In this document: in pieces, positions 1-11,709 of the stretch
How positions within the stretch are numbered: the first letter of the stretch is position 1
How the letters are laid out: each line of letters starts with the position of its first letter
Assembly: GCA_002633005.1 (NCBI GenBank)
Contig: NMRA01000094.1
Location: 24,208 to 88,207, forward strand
Source of the DNA: Phoronis australis
Lineage: Eukaryota > Animalia > Phoronida
Length of the DNA stretch: 64,000 nt
Direction: 5' to 3'
Made by a program: the position numbers and the translations under genes
The notes under the pieces: model-generated
What the model saw: only the letters and a program-made list of their open reading frames with translations
Database searches by the model: none
What the model was told of the DNA's origin: nothing

Positions 1-887
1 ACGAAGGAGCCCTTGTTGCCTTCATCTTTTCCTTCCCGACCCTGGGAACGAATTGGAACCGACTTGTTCGAACTGAACAAACAACACTACGTCCTTGTGG
101 TAGACTACTTCTCCAGATGGATCGAAGTTCGAAGACTTAGCCAGACAACTGCGCAACACACGATTGAAGCACTCAAGTCAATATTCAGTACACATGGAAT
201 ACCAGACATTGTTATATCCGACAATGGCCCCCAGTATGCTTGTGAAAGCTTTGACATGTTTGCCAAAGACTACGGCTTCGTTCATGTGACATCCTCACCT
301 CTCTACCCTCAGTGCAACGGAGAAGACGAGCGCGCAGTCCAAACTGCAAAGAACATCACCTAGGTTTCCTGGCATACAGATCGACGCCTATTCACAATGG
401 AAAGTCTCCGAGTCAACTACTCATGTCCAGACGGCTCCGAACAACTTTGCCGATCATGCCTAAAGCACTTCTTCACAATTCTATCGATGATCAGTCCGTA
501 AGGGCGAAAGAAACTCTGCTTAAGTCAAAGAACAAAGCAAACTTCGACCACAGACACCGAACTATGTCCCTACCAGTATTAGGTGTTGGAGACCAAGTCT
601 GGGTGCGCGATCAAGACAAACACGGTGAAGTGAAAGAGAGTTCGACAAACCCGAGATCCTACCTTGTCGTCACAGAGTCCGGTGCTATTATTCTCCGTAA
701 CCCGTCAGCGTTGATTCATACCGGAAATATGAAAAGTGCCTCACCAGAGAATTTTACACCAAAAGAGACGACCCTCAAACCATTTTCAAACCCGGCATCA
801 AACCCACCTACCGCAGACACCCCACAGACCCAACAACTACGACGTTCTAAGCGGGTTATAAAACCAGTGGATCGCCTGAACCTCTGA
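1..887 (+). mobile_element. Ty3/Gypsy LTR-retrotransposon pol 3' end (integrase core and C-terminus), frameshifted
   Basis: ORF 13-363 has the integrase motifs PWERIGTDLF, VVDYFSRW, SDNGPQY and SSPLYPQCNGEDERAV. It continues in another frame as LAYRSTP..SPSQLLMSRRLRT..GDQVWV..PRSYLV to the stop at 887. A short deletion near 357 shifts the frame. Confidence 0.93.
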
Positions 888-983
888 ACATTTGATTAGT
901 TTTCAGCGCTTAGTGATAATGACATTAACATAGTTCAAGACATTTATTGCTTAAAGCGTTTACACATATTCTTAAACTATCTT

Positions 984-1190
984 GGGAGGAGATGTAGTAT
1001 TATAGCTCTTTAGACTTAGAGATAAATATATTGAGTTCCGGTTCCATCAGCGTTGTTGTTCCTACAACGTGGAGAGTGGTCTACCCAGTGACGAAACTTA
1101 TTAATTCTGTGTAAATGTTCGTTTTTGAATGTTGAAGCTCCATTAAATATTACTTCTTTTAGACTTAATGTTTTCTATTAAATTGCCACA
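984..1190 (+). mobile_element. Polypurine tract plus probable 3' LTR of the Gypsy element
   Basis: GGGAGGAGA (984-992) is directly followed by TGTAGT at 993, ~100 bp after the pol stop. ATTAAA motifs lie inside. The right end (..CACA at 1190) is a guess. Confidence 0.6.
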
Positions 1191-1314
1191 TTAAAGTCAA
1201 GTTGTGACACCAGCAGTCAGAGCACAAGGAACTCAGCGGACATTTGACAAGGTGGTCTTTGGTGACAGTGAAGATGGTGAAGTGCTGACTAACCTTTATT
1301 ATTTATCTCTGTTG

Positions 1315-1436
1315 GCGTACAGTAACCTGTCAGTAAATAAGTATTTACACACATGCGTACAGTAACCTGTCAGTAAATAAGTATTTACACACATGCGTAC
1401 AGTAACCTGTCAGTAAATAAGTATTTACACACATGC
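1315..1436. repeat. Tandem repeat, 40 bp x3
   Basis: GCGTACAGTAACCTGTCAGTAAATAAGTATTTACACACAT repeated three times exactly. Confidence 0.95.
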
Positions 1437-2019
1437 TCCACAAGGCTGTTAAACCGTGGAACACAATTTTGCTCAAATATTGCAAATTGAAATCGTACCC
1501 GAGGTAGTCGCAAGAACTGAATAAGGAACAATACAGTACTACTTCCTAACCAAAACAGAAAAAGTCATTAATGAAAGAAGTCAACAATATACACAAAAAT
1601 CGGTTTCCACACACATGCCATGCTCTCAACGCCATCTTGTGGGTGAGTATACTGCCGTAAGTTGATGTCGTGATTTGTGGAAAGATGTCAACCATTAACC
1701 CAATGCCCTACTTTGAACATGAATGCCATTGGTTGACTTAAAAATGAGACCGACCCTCGATATCTTAACGTGGAAGATGTGGAAACAGATGTCGAAGTCT
1801 CCATCTTTTATTGACAATTATCGTTAATTTTGGTTTGCTAATTCTTGTGCAAGAAACGTGAACATAATACAGGATGAGTATTATATAATCCAGGTCTGTT
1901 TTTAAACTATTTTGAAGGTCGCACATTCTAAATTTTGTCAAATTTCTTTGACAACCACCATTTGCAAAAACTGCAAGGAAAGCCAGCACATGTGAGTAGC
2001 GCTAGCAGTAGTTTGAGAC

Positions 2020-2215
2020 TGGTAGTGGTGTACACTAGCACTGGTCGGATAAAGTAGTTGCTAACTGTGGTGTACACTAGCACTGGTCGGATACAGTGGT
2101 TTCTGGTTGTGGTGTACACTGGCTCTGCTCGGATATAGTGGTCGCTAATTGCAGTGTACATTGGCTCTGGTTGGATATAGTAGTCGCTAATTGTGGTGTA
2201 CACTGGCACTGGTCA
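2020..2215. repeat. Degenerate tandem repeat, ~42 bp x~4.5
   Basis: GTGGTGTACACT(A/G)GC(A/T)CTGGTCGGATA recurs at a 42-bp period. Confidence 0.85.
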
Positions 2216-3414
2216 GCCATAGTCAAAAATCAGGGACCGCTATATCTGTCACCCAATCGCTCAATAACTTTTTACGCTCAAAACTTGCTCTTCCCGGCAA
2301 CGTTGTGGCTTTTACTCCTTGTAGGGAAAGTCTGCCATGTATATGTATATACATATATGTATATATGACACGACAAATGATGCGCTGCAAAATTAATAAT
2401 TTTAGTGATGAAGACGGAGAGATTTGTGCAATATGAAAATAATAAATCAACAGCTAAACTCAGCTCAGTTGTATCCCCCGAGTAGTCGAATCCCGTTGGA
2501 CCGCCTCACACAACGTCTCAAGTGTAAAAAGTTATTGAGCGAATGGGTCGCGTTTGCTATCCGTCCAGCGGTTTCCACTGTAGTAATAGCCGAGATTACC
2601 CGAACCAGCGACCCCCATAAAAACGGCAAGCGTGCTAAACATTCTGCCAATAGACAATTGCCCGTTAGCCAGCAGCTAACAGAGGCTCATGTATGATTCA
2701 CCGGAAGCACATCTACAATACCACTTCCACACCGTCACTCAGCGTCACTGGACTTCCTTTCCTTCAACAAGGAATGAAAGCAAAATATAGAGAAAATAAT
2801 AGTTTATTAATGAAAATACCTGACCAGTAAACCCCAACTGAAGTTCTCTTCGTCTCTAACCAATGATTTTTGAAACCTTGAGTAAATGTTTCATTAACAG
2901 ATTCTCACCTTCCTCGTATTCGTCTCAATCACATTCTATGGCTACCGGAAGTGACGAAAGTTACTAAGAATGTCCAATAGACGGCGAATGTACACTAAAA
3001 ATATAGCCTCGTTCCACAAAAAAAATAAATACAAGTACTATTTAATCCATATATGGAGTTTTATTACCCAAAGAACTGTGAATTTATGATTTAATCCATG
3101 CTTCCGGCATCTAGTGGTCGCTAGGCTGGTTTTGTGCAGGACGAAATACAGTCAAGTTGCTGATTGATTGACTTCCTTATTTGGAAAGTGACGTCAGTAA
3201 AGAAGCATGAAGTTATATGATCGACCATTGGTCGCATCAGCCATGGCAACACGACGAACGGAACAGGACCTTCTCGCGGTATTCAAGATTCGACTGGAAT
3301 TGATTTATAAAAATTGAGCTAAAAGCAAGTTGCGTAGGCCATTGTTCAATTTGTATTGCTGCTTGATTTAATCGTATCCTTATTCTTTCGATTTTCACTT
3401 TTAATTGAACATCA

Positions 3415-4922
3415 TCTATTATCATCAGTGGCAGATCTACGTTTTCAGTAAGGGGGGAGGGCGAGNTTTGTAGCTGATTTCGTTTTTCTGGCGAAAATTT
3501 TTTCAATTTTTATTGATCCTGTGCCATCGAGGGGGGGTTGCCACCCACTGACCCCCCTGTAGATCCGCCTCTGAAGATGCATTGTTCACACACTAACTCC
3601 GCCTGTCTCCTCTGTTCCACTGCAAACCTTCGTTGCGTTCGGAACCGCCTTGGTCCCATATACATGTATAGTGCACCGGCCCCGGCTCGTCGAGGTGTTT
3701 TATTTTTTTCAAGTTTCTCGCGGACCGGCGTTTTTTCGCGGACGCGGGAGAAGGGTGGCCAATTTCATTGGCCTTGATGATGTCACTCCCTCCGGCTTCC
3801 GTCGCGTCTAGGACCAATATATTATTCCCAGGTCGCGTATACTTCGTCGGGCGTGGCATCGTCAAACTGCATGATGTCATTATAAAATACTAAACTTTTC
3901 TTTGAATAAACTTGAATTTACAGATGATGAAAAATTTGCGTTCTACCGCTATTTTGCTGCTAAAATTGTGGTACGGGCTCTTTTGACTCGGCTTTCGGTG
4001 CCACTGCGTCACCTATTGGCCAATTTCCCGATTCTTCAATCAAGTGTCTTGTCTTCCACGAGGTTGCGTAGCCTTCATGTCATAGCAATCGGAACTGGTT
4101 TCATTATGTCACAAGTTTTTAGTATTTAAATTCCAGCAAACCCAATTTTCTGCGAAGCAGTCATCAATTCCCGAGAGATATCGCAAATCAGTAGGAAATG
4201 CCACATGCTCGTGTCGAGCGCCATATTGTTTTCAAAACGATCAAAGACAGACTTTCTTTGTAACAAAAGGCGGAGAATTACGCAAAACGCCAAAAGTGAC
4301 GTTTGTTATATTGTTTTTTTTTTCAAACGACTGCAATGTGCAAGGTGAGACTGAGTGTCGGTTGATTCCCTAAGATTCTGCATGCACCCCCGCCGGCCGC
4401 TTAGGCTCTACATGTTGATATAAGTTTCACGTCTAAGTAATGATTTGAGCTACCCGGGGTTGTATGAAATTTCAGTGTCTACGGAGCTCAAGACACAGCT
4501 ACCTATAGCTTTCACGATAGTCTCCGTACAGCTAACAGACTTTCTACCTAAGTATGTACATTTATGATGTGACTTGTTTTTGTAAATACATTGTATACTT
4601 TGTGTACAATAACAGTATTTTTAATGGTTCCTTGATTTTCACTTTAAAGAGTACCATACATTATGTTACGGCAGGGTCAAATGTTCTGGAAAGAAAAAAA
4701 TGTTTTTACTGCTTGGGGAAAGAATCCCGCAACGGCACACCCTACCTTAATCTCACAGAAATTCTGATTGAAGCTTTAAATAAAACGGTCGCTCTTCAAG
4801 AAATATTCCTTATTGTCTCTTGCGTCGAACACCAATGCTCACTTGAAGGTGTTAGCTATTTTCCCTGGGCATTTCTCATATATACTAGCTGTTACCCGTG
4901 CTTAAGAACGGGTAACAGCTAG
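3415..4922 (+). mobile_element. Non-autonomous Helitron-like element, copy 1
   Basis: 5' end A|TCTATTATC at 3415 and 3' hairpin ending CTAG|T at 4919-4923. Similar along its length to 30503-31865 in inverted orientation. Confidence 0.75.
3426..3573. mobile_element. CAG-terminated MITE nested in the Helitron 5' end
   Basis: Inverted ends CAGTGGCAGATCTA / TAGATCCGCCTCTG. Absent from the second Helitron copy. Confidence 0.75.
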
Positions 4923-4975
4923 TAGTGATGTAATAGGCTTACTTCTGAAATCAGTAGAGCCTTGGGATTGGAAAT

Positions 4976-5311
4976 CAGGGGCGGATCCAGGATTTTGAGT
5001 TGGGGGGGGGCAGGCCACAGGAATAACCACAATTTCGGCAGATGCGTGAGCCCAGCCTAAAATGTAGGGATGCAGGGTCTCGAATTTTTGGGTTTGTGGA
5101 CTTTTTGACTAAAAAAAAACGGTAAACGGGGTTTGGTCAGTGCCTAGTCAGGCCCTATGCATTGTTTATTCAGCCCCCCCCCCGATCCCCCTACATGCGC
5201 GCACGTGCTAATCAGCAATTCTCACCCGAACTGCCAAACTGCCAAATGGTATCTGGTAGAATTTTAGGGGGGGGGCATGGGCCCCTTGGCACCCCCCTAA
5301 ATCCGCCACTG
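4976..5311 (+). mobile_element. CAG-terminated MITE (long variant)
   Basis: CAGGGGCGGATCC...AATCCGCCACTG flanked by GGAAAT on both sides. Same family as the copies at 14357, 50515 and 53391. Confidence 0.85.
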
Positions 5312-7417
5312 GGAAATCTATATTCTAATTTGAAATTCACATGAAATTTGGTCCTCATGTTAATTTGCAAGCAAATAGTTATCCCCGGGAGCTAGCGATA
5401 TCTTTTGATTGAAAATATGCTGAAATCCAGATGAAGCTCATTCCAACAAGTTCCAGACTTCTTTTTGTGACTTCATCATGGCTGTTCCTGTAGCTTGGCT
5501 CGTATATTCGTCCATTTTTTTCTTGCGGTACATAAAGGTCACAAGTGTTTTGTTAGGTGCATACGCACAACCATGCAGAGAGGGGTTGAGGAGGAGTCCA
5601 CGGTACGCCCGGACCCCTACTCTTTAGAACCACCCGCCTATTCGGCAACCGCAACGAGCGGCCGGATAGTATCCTGATCACGATTGGGGAGAATACCAAC
5701 GAAGTATGGGGCCATTTGGGATTGGAGTTTTAACACGAAACATCGTACGCCACTCCGTTTCATACGCGCGCACAGGGAAGGGGTAGCTCAGTGGGCTCGA
5801 ACGAGACCCCCCCAATTTGGCGAAGTGGGTAAAAAGGTCTGCCTCAGAGAAACAAAAACTCCAAAAAAGTAGAAAACGAGGCAAAAGTCCACTGAAAAGG
5901 CAGAAACTACGAAAATTAGGCGAATGCACAATTCACAGCTCTGAATCTAGGCCTACCCAGTGAATCTTAGTAAAAGGTCTACAGACTCAAAAATTCGAGC
6001 CCCCCCAGTGTTTAGGCTGGATGCATGCATGCGCTTCTATACACATTCCTGGCAATAGACCCAGTTTGAAGTTCAATTGAAGAAAATGGAGTTTGCGTGT
6101 TTTTTATTCGCATGAACCCGACATGATGACAGTGGGAAACAAAATGTTGACACTGGATCTGATTGTTTTCCATCATGATACTTATTTAACATGAACCTGC
6201 AATCCTGCATTCGATTCTTAGCTTTGAGTCCTGGCAAGCCAAGCCTCATCAATATTTGCATTTATTACCTTATTTAACTTTAATTAGTCATCGTGAACTT
6301 TACAACAATATATAAGCTCCTTTCACACTTACACTAACAATCCGTCAAACCATTTACTGGAAGTCAACATGTTGTAGATATGTGTCTCACAGAAGCTGCT
6401 GAATTCCAGATGCCAGGGCCACTGAGTACTGATTTCCCGCAATGTGTTCGCACAAAAAATCGACTGCACACTGCTACGATGGGAAGCGTATCACTCTGTT
6501 TACTACAGCTACACATGCAAAACGTACATTCATGAATATATCTGTACATGTAAAGTATGGTAATAAAGACACATTGTATGTATGTACTTCGTGGTATTAC
6601 CACCATCACATTTCGAGTACGGTGAAATAACTATAAACATGGACATTCAACAAAAAATGGAAATTGATACGATATGAGAACAAAAAATTGATGACTATGA
6701 CAAAATGATACGACCCTTAGTTAAAATGGAAGTGATTTCTGGACAGATATTTCTCCGGAATAATATGGACGGCGTTTACAGGTTATAATGCAGGTATGAC
6801 CCAAGAGGACGGTTATACTATCTACACGGCTCACCGGGCCCTCCAGGCCGGATTTGCTGTTGCCAGCAGAATCGTACTAACACTTAAATAGTGTTTCTTC
6901 GGCTACTCCGGAGGCGCTACTAAGCAAATTTTTAAAAATGTTACCAACGTGTAACCAATGTACTTGACTAGAAGTTCACCCAATTATACTAGTTTGAAGC
7001 CCTTGAGACTTTTACTTCATCAGAGAGGGAAGTCGTCCACGTGACTGAATTGTTTTGATATTTGTATAAATGTTGGGAATAACATAACACATTCGTTACC
7101 TTCTTTTGGAGTGGAGTGGAAAATTATGAATTTACTTTTTGATGCATTGATAAAGAAATCGGCGTTGATGCTGGTAGTTGAATGTTGTAAAATGTAGTGG
7201 CGTGATTCAGTGCGTGCCTAACGGATGATGAGACACGTGTCGTCTGCGTAGCGTCAAGAATATAGATCGGGATCCCAGAGCTTTTTTGGGCATGAAAAGG
7301 TAAACAATTTTCTTTAGTGCCACAGTGCTCTGTGGGTAGCCTCATGCTTGGAAATGGCCGTCTGGCAGGTTCGCTCTGTTGGGTGTGGTCAGGGGAGACA
7401 AGAGAATGACACTAAAA

Positions 7418-8245
7418 AATTGAGCTAGATCAACTTTTCTGATAACCACTTCAAACTGCCTTTGATACCTACTACGTAATCCACTGTATCAAAATTGGTC
7501 ATTGCCAGACAGTTTCAATAGTGGGGAGTATCAGCCAGACGGTTGTGAACAAGGTAAAAAATTGAGCTAGATCAACCCAAGCTAAGGTAACCACATGAAA
7601 CCAGTTGCAAAATATTCACCGTGAGCCCAGGTATCACGAATGAATACTGCCAGACAAATCTAGTGGTGGGTTAGACCCGTCAGACGCGCCCAAATACCCG
7701 AGTTGAGCTAGATCAACCCAACAGGTAAATTTGAAACCACGTGCACGACGTTCAGCATCACTGTACATGGCACAACACTTATATGCCAAACAATTTCAGT
7801 GGTTGGGTGCCCCTGCCAGACGATTATCAAAAAGGGTTAGCAATTGAGCTAGATCAACCCAAAAGGTAACCGCTTAAAACCAATTGCAAAATATTCACCG
7901 TAAGCCCAGGTATCACGAATAAACACTACCAGACAAATCTAGTGGTGGGTTAGCCCCGCCAGACACGCCCAAATACCTGAGTTGAGCTAGGTCAACCCAA
8001 GAGGCAACCGCATGAAACCAGTTGCAAAATAATCGTCGTAAGCCCAGATATCAAGAATAGATATTGCAAGACAAATCTAGTGGTGGATTATCCCCGCCAG
8101 ACACGCCCAAGTACCTGAGTTGAGCTAGATCAACCCACCAGGTAACCGTTTAAAACCAATCACCCGATGTTCAGTATCACTGCACGTGGCACAACAGTAA
8201 GATGCCAAACAATTTCAGTGGTGGGGTGCCCCCGTCAGACAAATC
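7418..8245. repeat. ~140-bp tandem array, 6 units of two main subtypes
   Basis: TTGAGCTAG(A/G)TCAAC recurs at ~7420, 7562, 7703, 7843, 7982 and 8120. Confidence 0.9.
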
Positions 8246-8455
8246 GAGTCGAAAGAAAATTGGTTATAAGACCATTCACGCTGAATAAGCATCACACATT
8301 GAGGAACCAGGCAGTTCGATTTTCAATAAAGCCAGTGAGTCCGTACGACATGGGTCACCACACAAGGTGAGAGATTTTTATGTGCAAGTTTTCGTCAGGG
8401 CATGAAAACCAGAAACATCGTGCCTGTGGTTGGAGCCGCCCTCACATACCTATGC

Positions 8456-8665
8456 AAAAACAGCGGAATACTCCATAAGATTCACTATTAAAAACAAAAC
8501 CTAAAAACCCGTCCGTGACGGATGGCACATTGAGTTTGCACGAATTTCGATTTTTCGTTGTCCTATTATACCAGCTAGTCTAAACTGCGGTCATTTGTCT
8601 TCGGACGAGTCATTTGATGCAACTGCTAAAACGAGGAATAATCGAAATGCCTTCTTTTGCTCTCG
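8456..8665 (+). repeat. ~200-bp dispersed direct duplication (partner 9686-9886)
   Basis: AAAACAG(C/T)GGAATACTCCA(T/C)AAGATTCACTATTAAAA...CATTTGATGCAACTG occurs at both sites. Confidence 0.85.
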
Positions 8666-8699
8666 TCTGCCTATGCATGAGCGCCAGCTACGGTTCCTT

Positions 8700-9012
8700 C
8701 ATTTCACACACTGATTAATGGCAATTTTTTGCGCTATCTACATCTTTCTCATAAACAGATCCCACAGAGAACTCCAGAGATGCGTCAAGACCAGTGACGT
8801 CAGTGGCTATATCAACAATTTCTCGACAATGCTAGATGTATTCTTTGCCCTGAACCGCCCAAACTACGCCAGATGGGGAACATTGCTTTACCAAAAGTTG
8901 CAATAAGCAGACCCAATATTACGAGAAGTGCTGGAAAACGGTGCGTTTTCAGTGCGACGTACGAGGAAGAACCTCAATAGATCGGATGTTGACTTATCTT
9001 TGGAACAGTCCG
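8700..9012 (+). pseudogene. DNA transposase remnant (Academ-like)
   Basis: FFALNRPNYARWG..*ADPILREVLENGAFSVRRT..DVDLSLEQS resembles the NYARW/GxFxVxRT/DxxxEQ block of invertebrate Academ-type transposases, with an internal stop. Family assignment is from memory. Confidence 0.55.
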
Positions 9013-9322
9013 TATTTTTATGTTTGATATGACACCTGATATTGGGTTCGTATGGTTGTGTTAGACTGCGTAGAAACTATCAAAGTTGTAACGTAGATAA
9101 AACATTCTGTTCATTTTGCGAACTTGTTATTCGCAATTCTTGGAATAACGAGTCCTGATAGTTTTTCAGTTTAGTCAGATTCATATTTGCACGACACCGA
9201 TATGTGGGTAATGGAACTGTTCGCTTTCTGTCTTCATAGTGAATATAAAACACGTTCAAATTAATTATTCATGTTGTATATGGTGCTCAGTCACCATGGT
9301 GATGGCCCCGGGCATCCACGTT

Positions 9323-9396
9323 CATGGGCTGCGCAGCACTGAAAAAAGTGGGGGAGGGGCTGTAGCCCCCCAGCCCCCTATGGTGCGCCGCCCATG
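9323..9396. mobile_element. 74-bp mini inverted-repeat element
   Basis: Ends CATGGGCTGCGCA / TGCGCCGCCCATG around a G-run/C-run core. No target duplication seen. Confidence 0.55.
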
Positions 9397-11202
9397 ACAC
9401 TGGGGGAGGCGGTATCCAACCACTATGTATAATCTTTTTGGAAATAGTGACTGATTTACAGTTGAATTAAATAAAGATTCTAGTTTACGTTTCATTTTTT
9501 TACTTTTATTATTAATTTTACTTTTTTATTAATAGTACAGACCTGTAGCCAGGAGGGCTCTGGGGTTCGATCGAACTCCTCCCCCGCTGAAAAGGTCCAG
9601 ACCCATCAAATTCGTTAAAGATATGATATAAATGAACAACAACAAAAAAAAAAAAATAGTTGCAGTGACCTCACAAGTTCTTCCGAAAACAGTGGAATAC
9701 TCCACAAGATTCACTATTAAAAGCAAAACCTAAAAACCCGCCCGAGACAGATAGCACGTTGTGTTTGCACGAATTTCGATTTTTCGTTGTCCCATTTTAC
9801 CAGTCTAAACTGCGTTCCCCTGTTTTCGGATGAGTCATTTGATGCAACTGTTAAATCGAACAATAGTCATAATGCCGTCTTTTGCTGCCCCCCCCCCCCC
9901 NCGGGTGCGCGCATGTTGCCATGAAGGGGAGATGGCGGCGCCACCAACGGAGTATTAGCGAATGACCAGCCATCTGAAGGGGAGATAGCGCATCACTATC
10001 GCCACACTTGACTAGTCTTATTTAATAACTTTTAACAGACAAGAACTAAAACAAAAATTTATAGTGAAATGACTACATTGCATGGGAATGATTTACAATT
10101 ACTTTAAGTCAAGCCTAGTCAAGCATTTTGAACAAAAAGGTTTCCAGTCTTCCCACAGATCTCTTCTACAGATCAACTTGGCTTGCAAATTTGATCTACC
10201 AACGGATCTCATCTGACAACTTGGTACTGGTCCTTTAATCACAATCTGCAGAGAGTTGCAAAGTGAGCCAACAGAAAACCATCACAGCGACACATCGGCC
10301 CATCTACGTACAGTCCTCGGCGGCTCTACGCTAGTTACCATGACGACGCCGAGACATAAGGGATTACCAGCACTGATTCAAAAACTGGACTCTACCTCTG
10401 AAAAGTTGGAGTAATTTTCACAAAGTTTGGTACATTTGTCCTTGCCAAAGTTATATTGCCCTTTTGTTGATCCTCAACAAACTGTATTATAGTTAACATT
10501 GTCTCCATTTGTTCTCGTTTGAATTGCACGCGAACATTGTTTGCGTGCTTGCACGTAACCATGTGAGCCTTCATTCCACGCGCGTACGAAAATACCTTGC
10601 GGCATTTTGGATTCCCGGGGCACGCCCAGTGCATTATGCAAACAAAAGTTGAAATCGTAGTCCTCAGCGTGTCTCACTAAAATGTCTTAGTCGCAATCTC
10701 GTCGCAGTAACTATTTCGGAAAGTGTCCAAACATGAAAAATCTCGACTGTCTTCAAGGAAGGACATGTTTATTGGAACTAATGCCACTTCATGACATCTC
10801 TTGTTGTCATAACAGCCGTCGGTAGTTGGAGAAATCTGAAAGATAAATAGACGGATCACTTATGCTAACAAGGGCTAATGGGCGATGAAACCCATTTCAG
10901 ACAACAATTGACAAGTTAGTGCAGTACTTTCAAGATTTTATTAAAGGTAAACTGTCGGTTTTACGACCACAAAACGCATTTTGAGTTACTGTTGGATGGC
11001 CGGGAAAGACGTTTGGAAGTTACATATTTTGACTAGAGCTTTAAACAACAAGTGAACATTCGTTTCGTTTTTTGTGATCTTAGTATGACAACTAAATCTT
11101 CATTTCTTACTCTTGTCTGCAAGGCATTCGTTGAAATGAAGGCCGGTGAATAACCAGATTGTGCGATTATGCAACGCTAGCATTGCGTTCAGACTGCAAT
11201 CG

Positions 11203-11709
11203 TATGATGGGCCGTTGGGGGGAAAATGTCGCCGGAAAAATACGAGCGTAATTTAATTCTTTACGGCGTAAAATTACGCTCGTAATTTAGTTTAAACTCT
11301 TGGCCAATGACGTTGGGTTTTACAATCCACGGTCGCGCGTGCTCATGGAAATACTTATTTACTGACGGGTTACATGTCTACGATACGAGCGCCGAATCAT
11401 GGCGGATCAAATCGCTGCTGCAATGTCAGCGATTGTGCAAGAAAGAGCTGCCTAGCAACAGTCGTGTATGCTAGGTCAGTACTGATTGGTTTAAATTTGA
11501 AACGTTCTTAAGATATTTTACGAGCGTAATTTACGGCGACATTTCTCCCATTCAATTTACGAGCGTAATTTTACTGCAACACTTTTGCAATTTAATTTAC
11601 GCTCGTAATTACGAGCGTAATTGTACGGCGACACTCCTGCAATTTAATTTACGCTAGTAATTACGAGCGTAATTTTACGGCGACACTTTCCCCTCAACGG
11701 CTTACCATA
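11203..11709. mobile_element. MITE with ~50-bp TIRs and 6-bp TSD (IS3EU-like termini)
   Basis: TATGATGGGCCGTTGGGGGGAAAATGTCGCCG / CGGCGACACTTTCCCCTCAACGGCTTACCATA, with CAATCG on both flanks. TTACGAGCGTAA motifs are iterated inside. Confidence 0.8.

Noticed and set aside
1259-1280. TGGTGACAGTGAAGATGG as a primer-binding site
   Set aside because: Not preceded by an LTR-terminal CA and not followed by gag.
6985-7030. CTGATGA on the minus strand as a hammerhead core
   Set aside because: No GAAA partner box or convincing stems.
7418-8245. Repeat-spacer appearance resembling CRISPR
   Set aside because: The 'spacers' are homologous to one another, the context is eukaryotic, and there are no cas genes.
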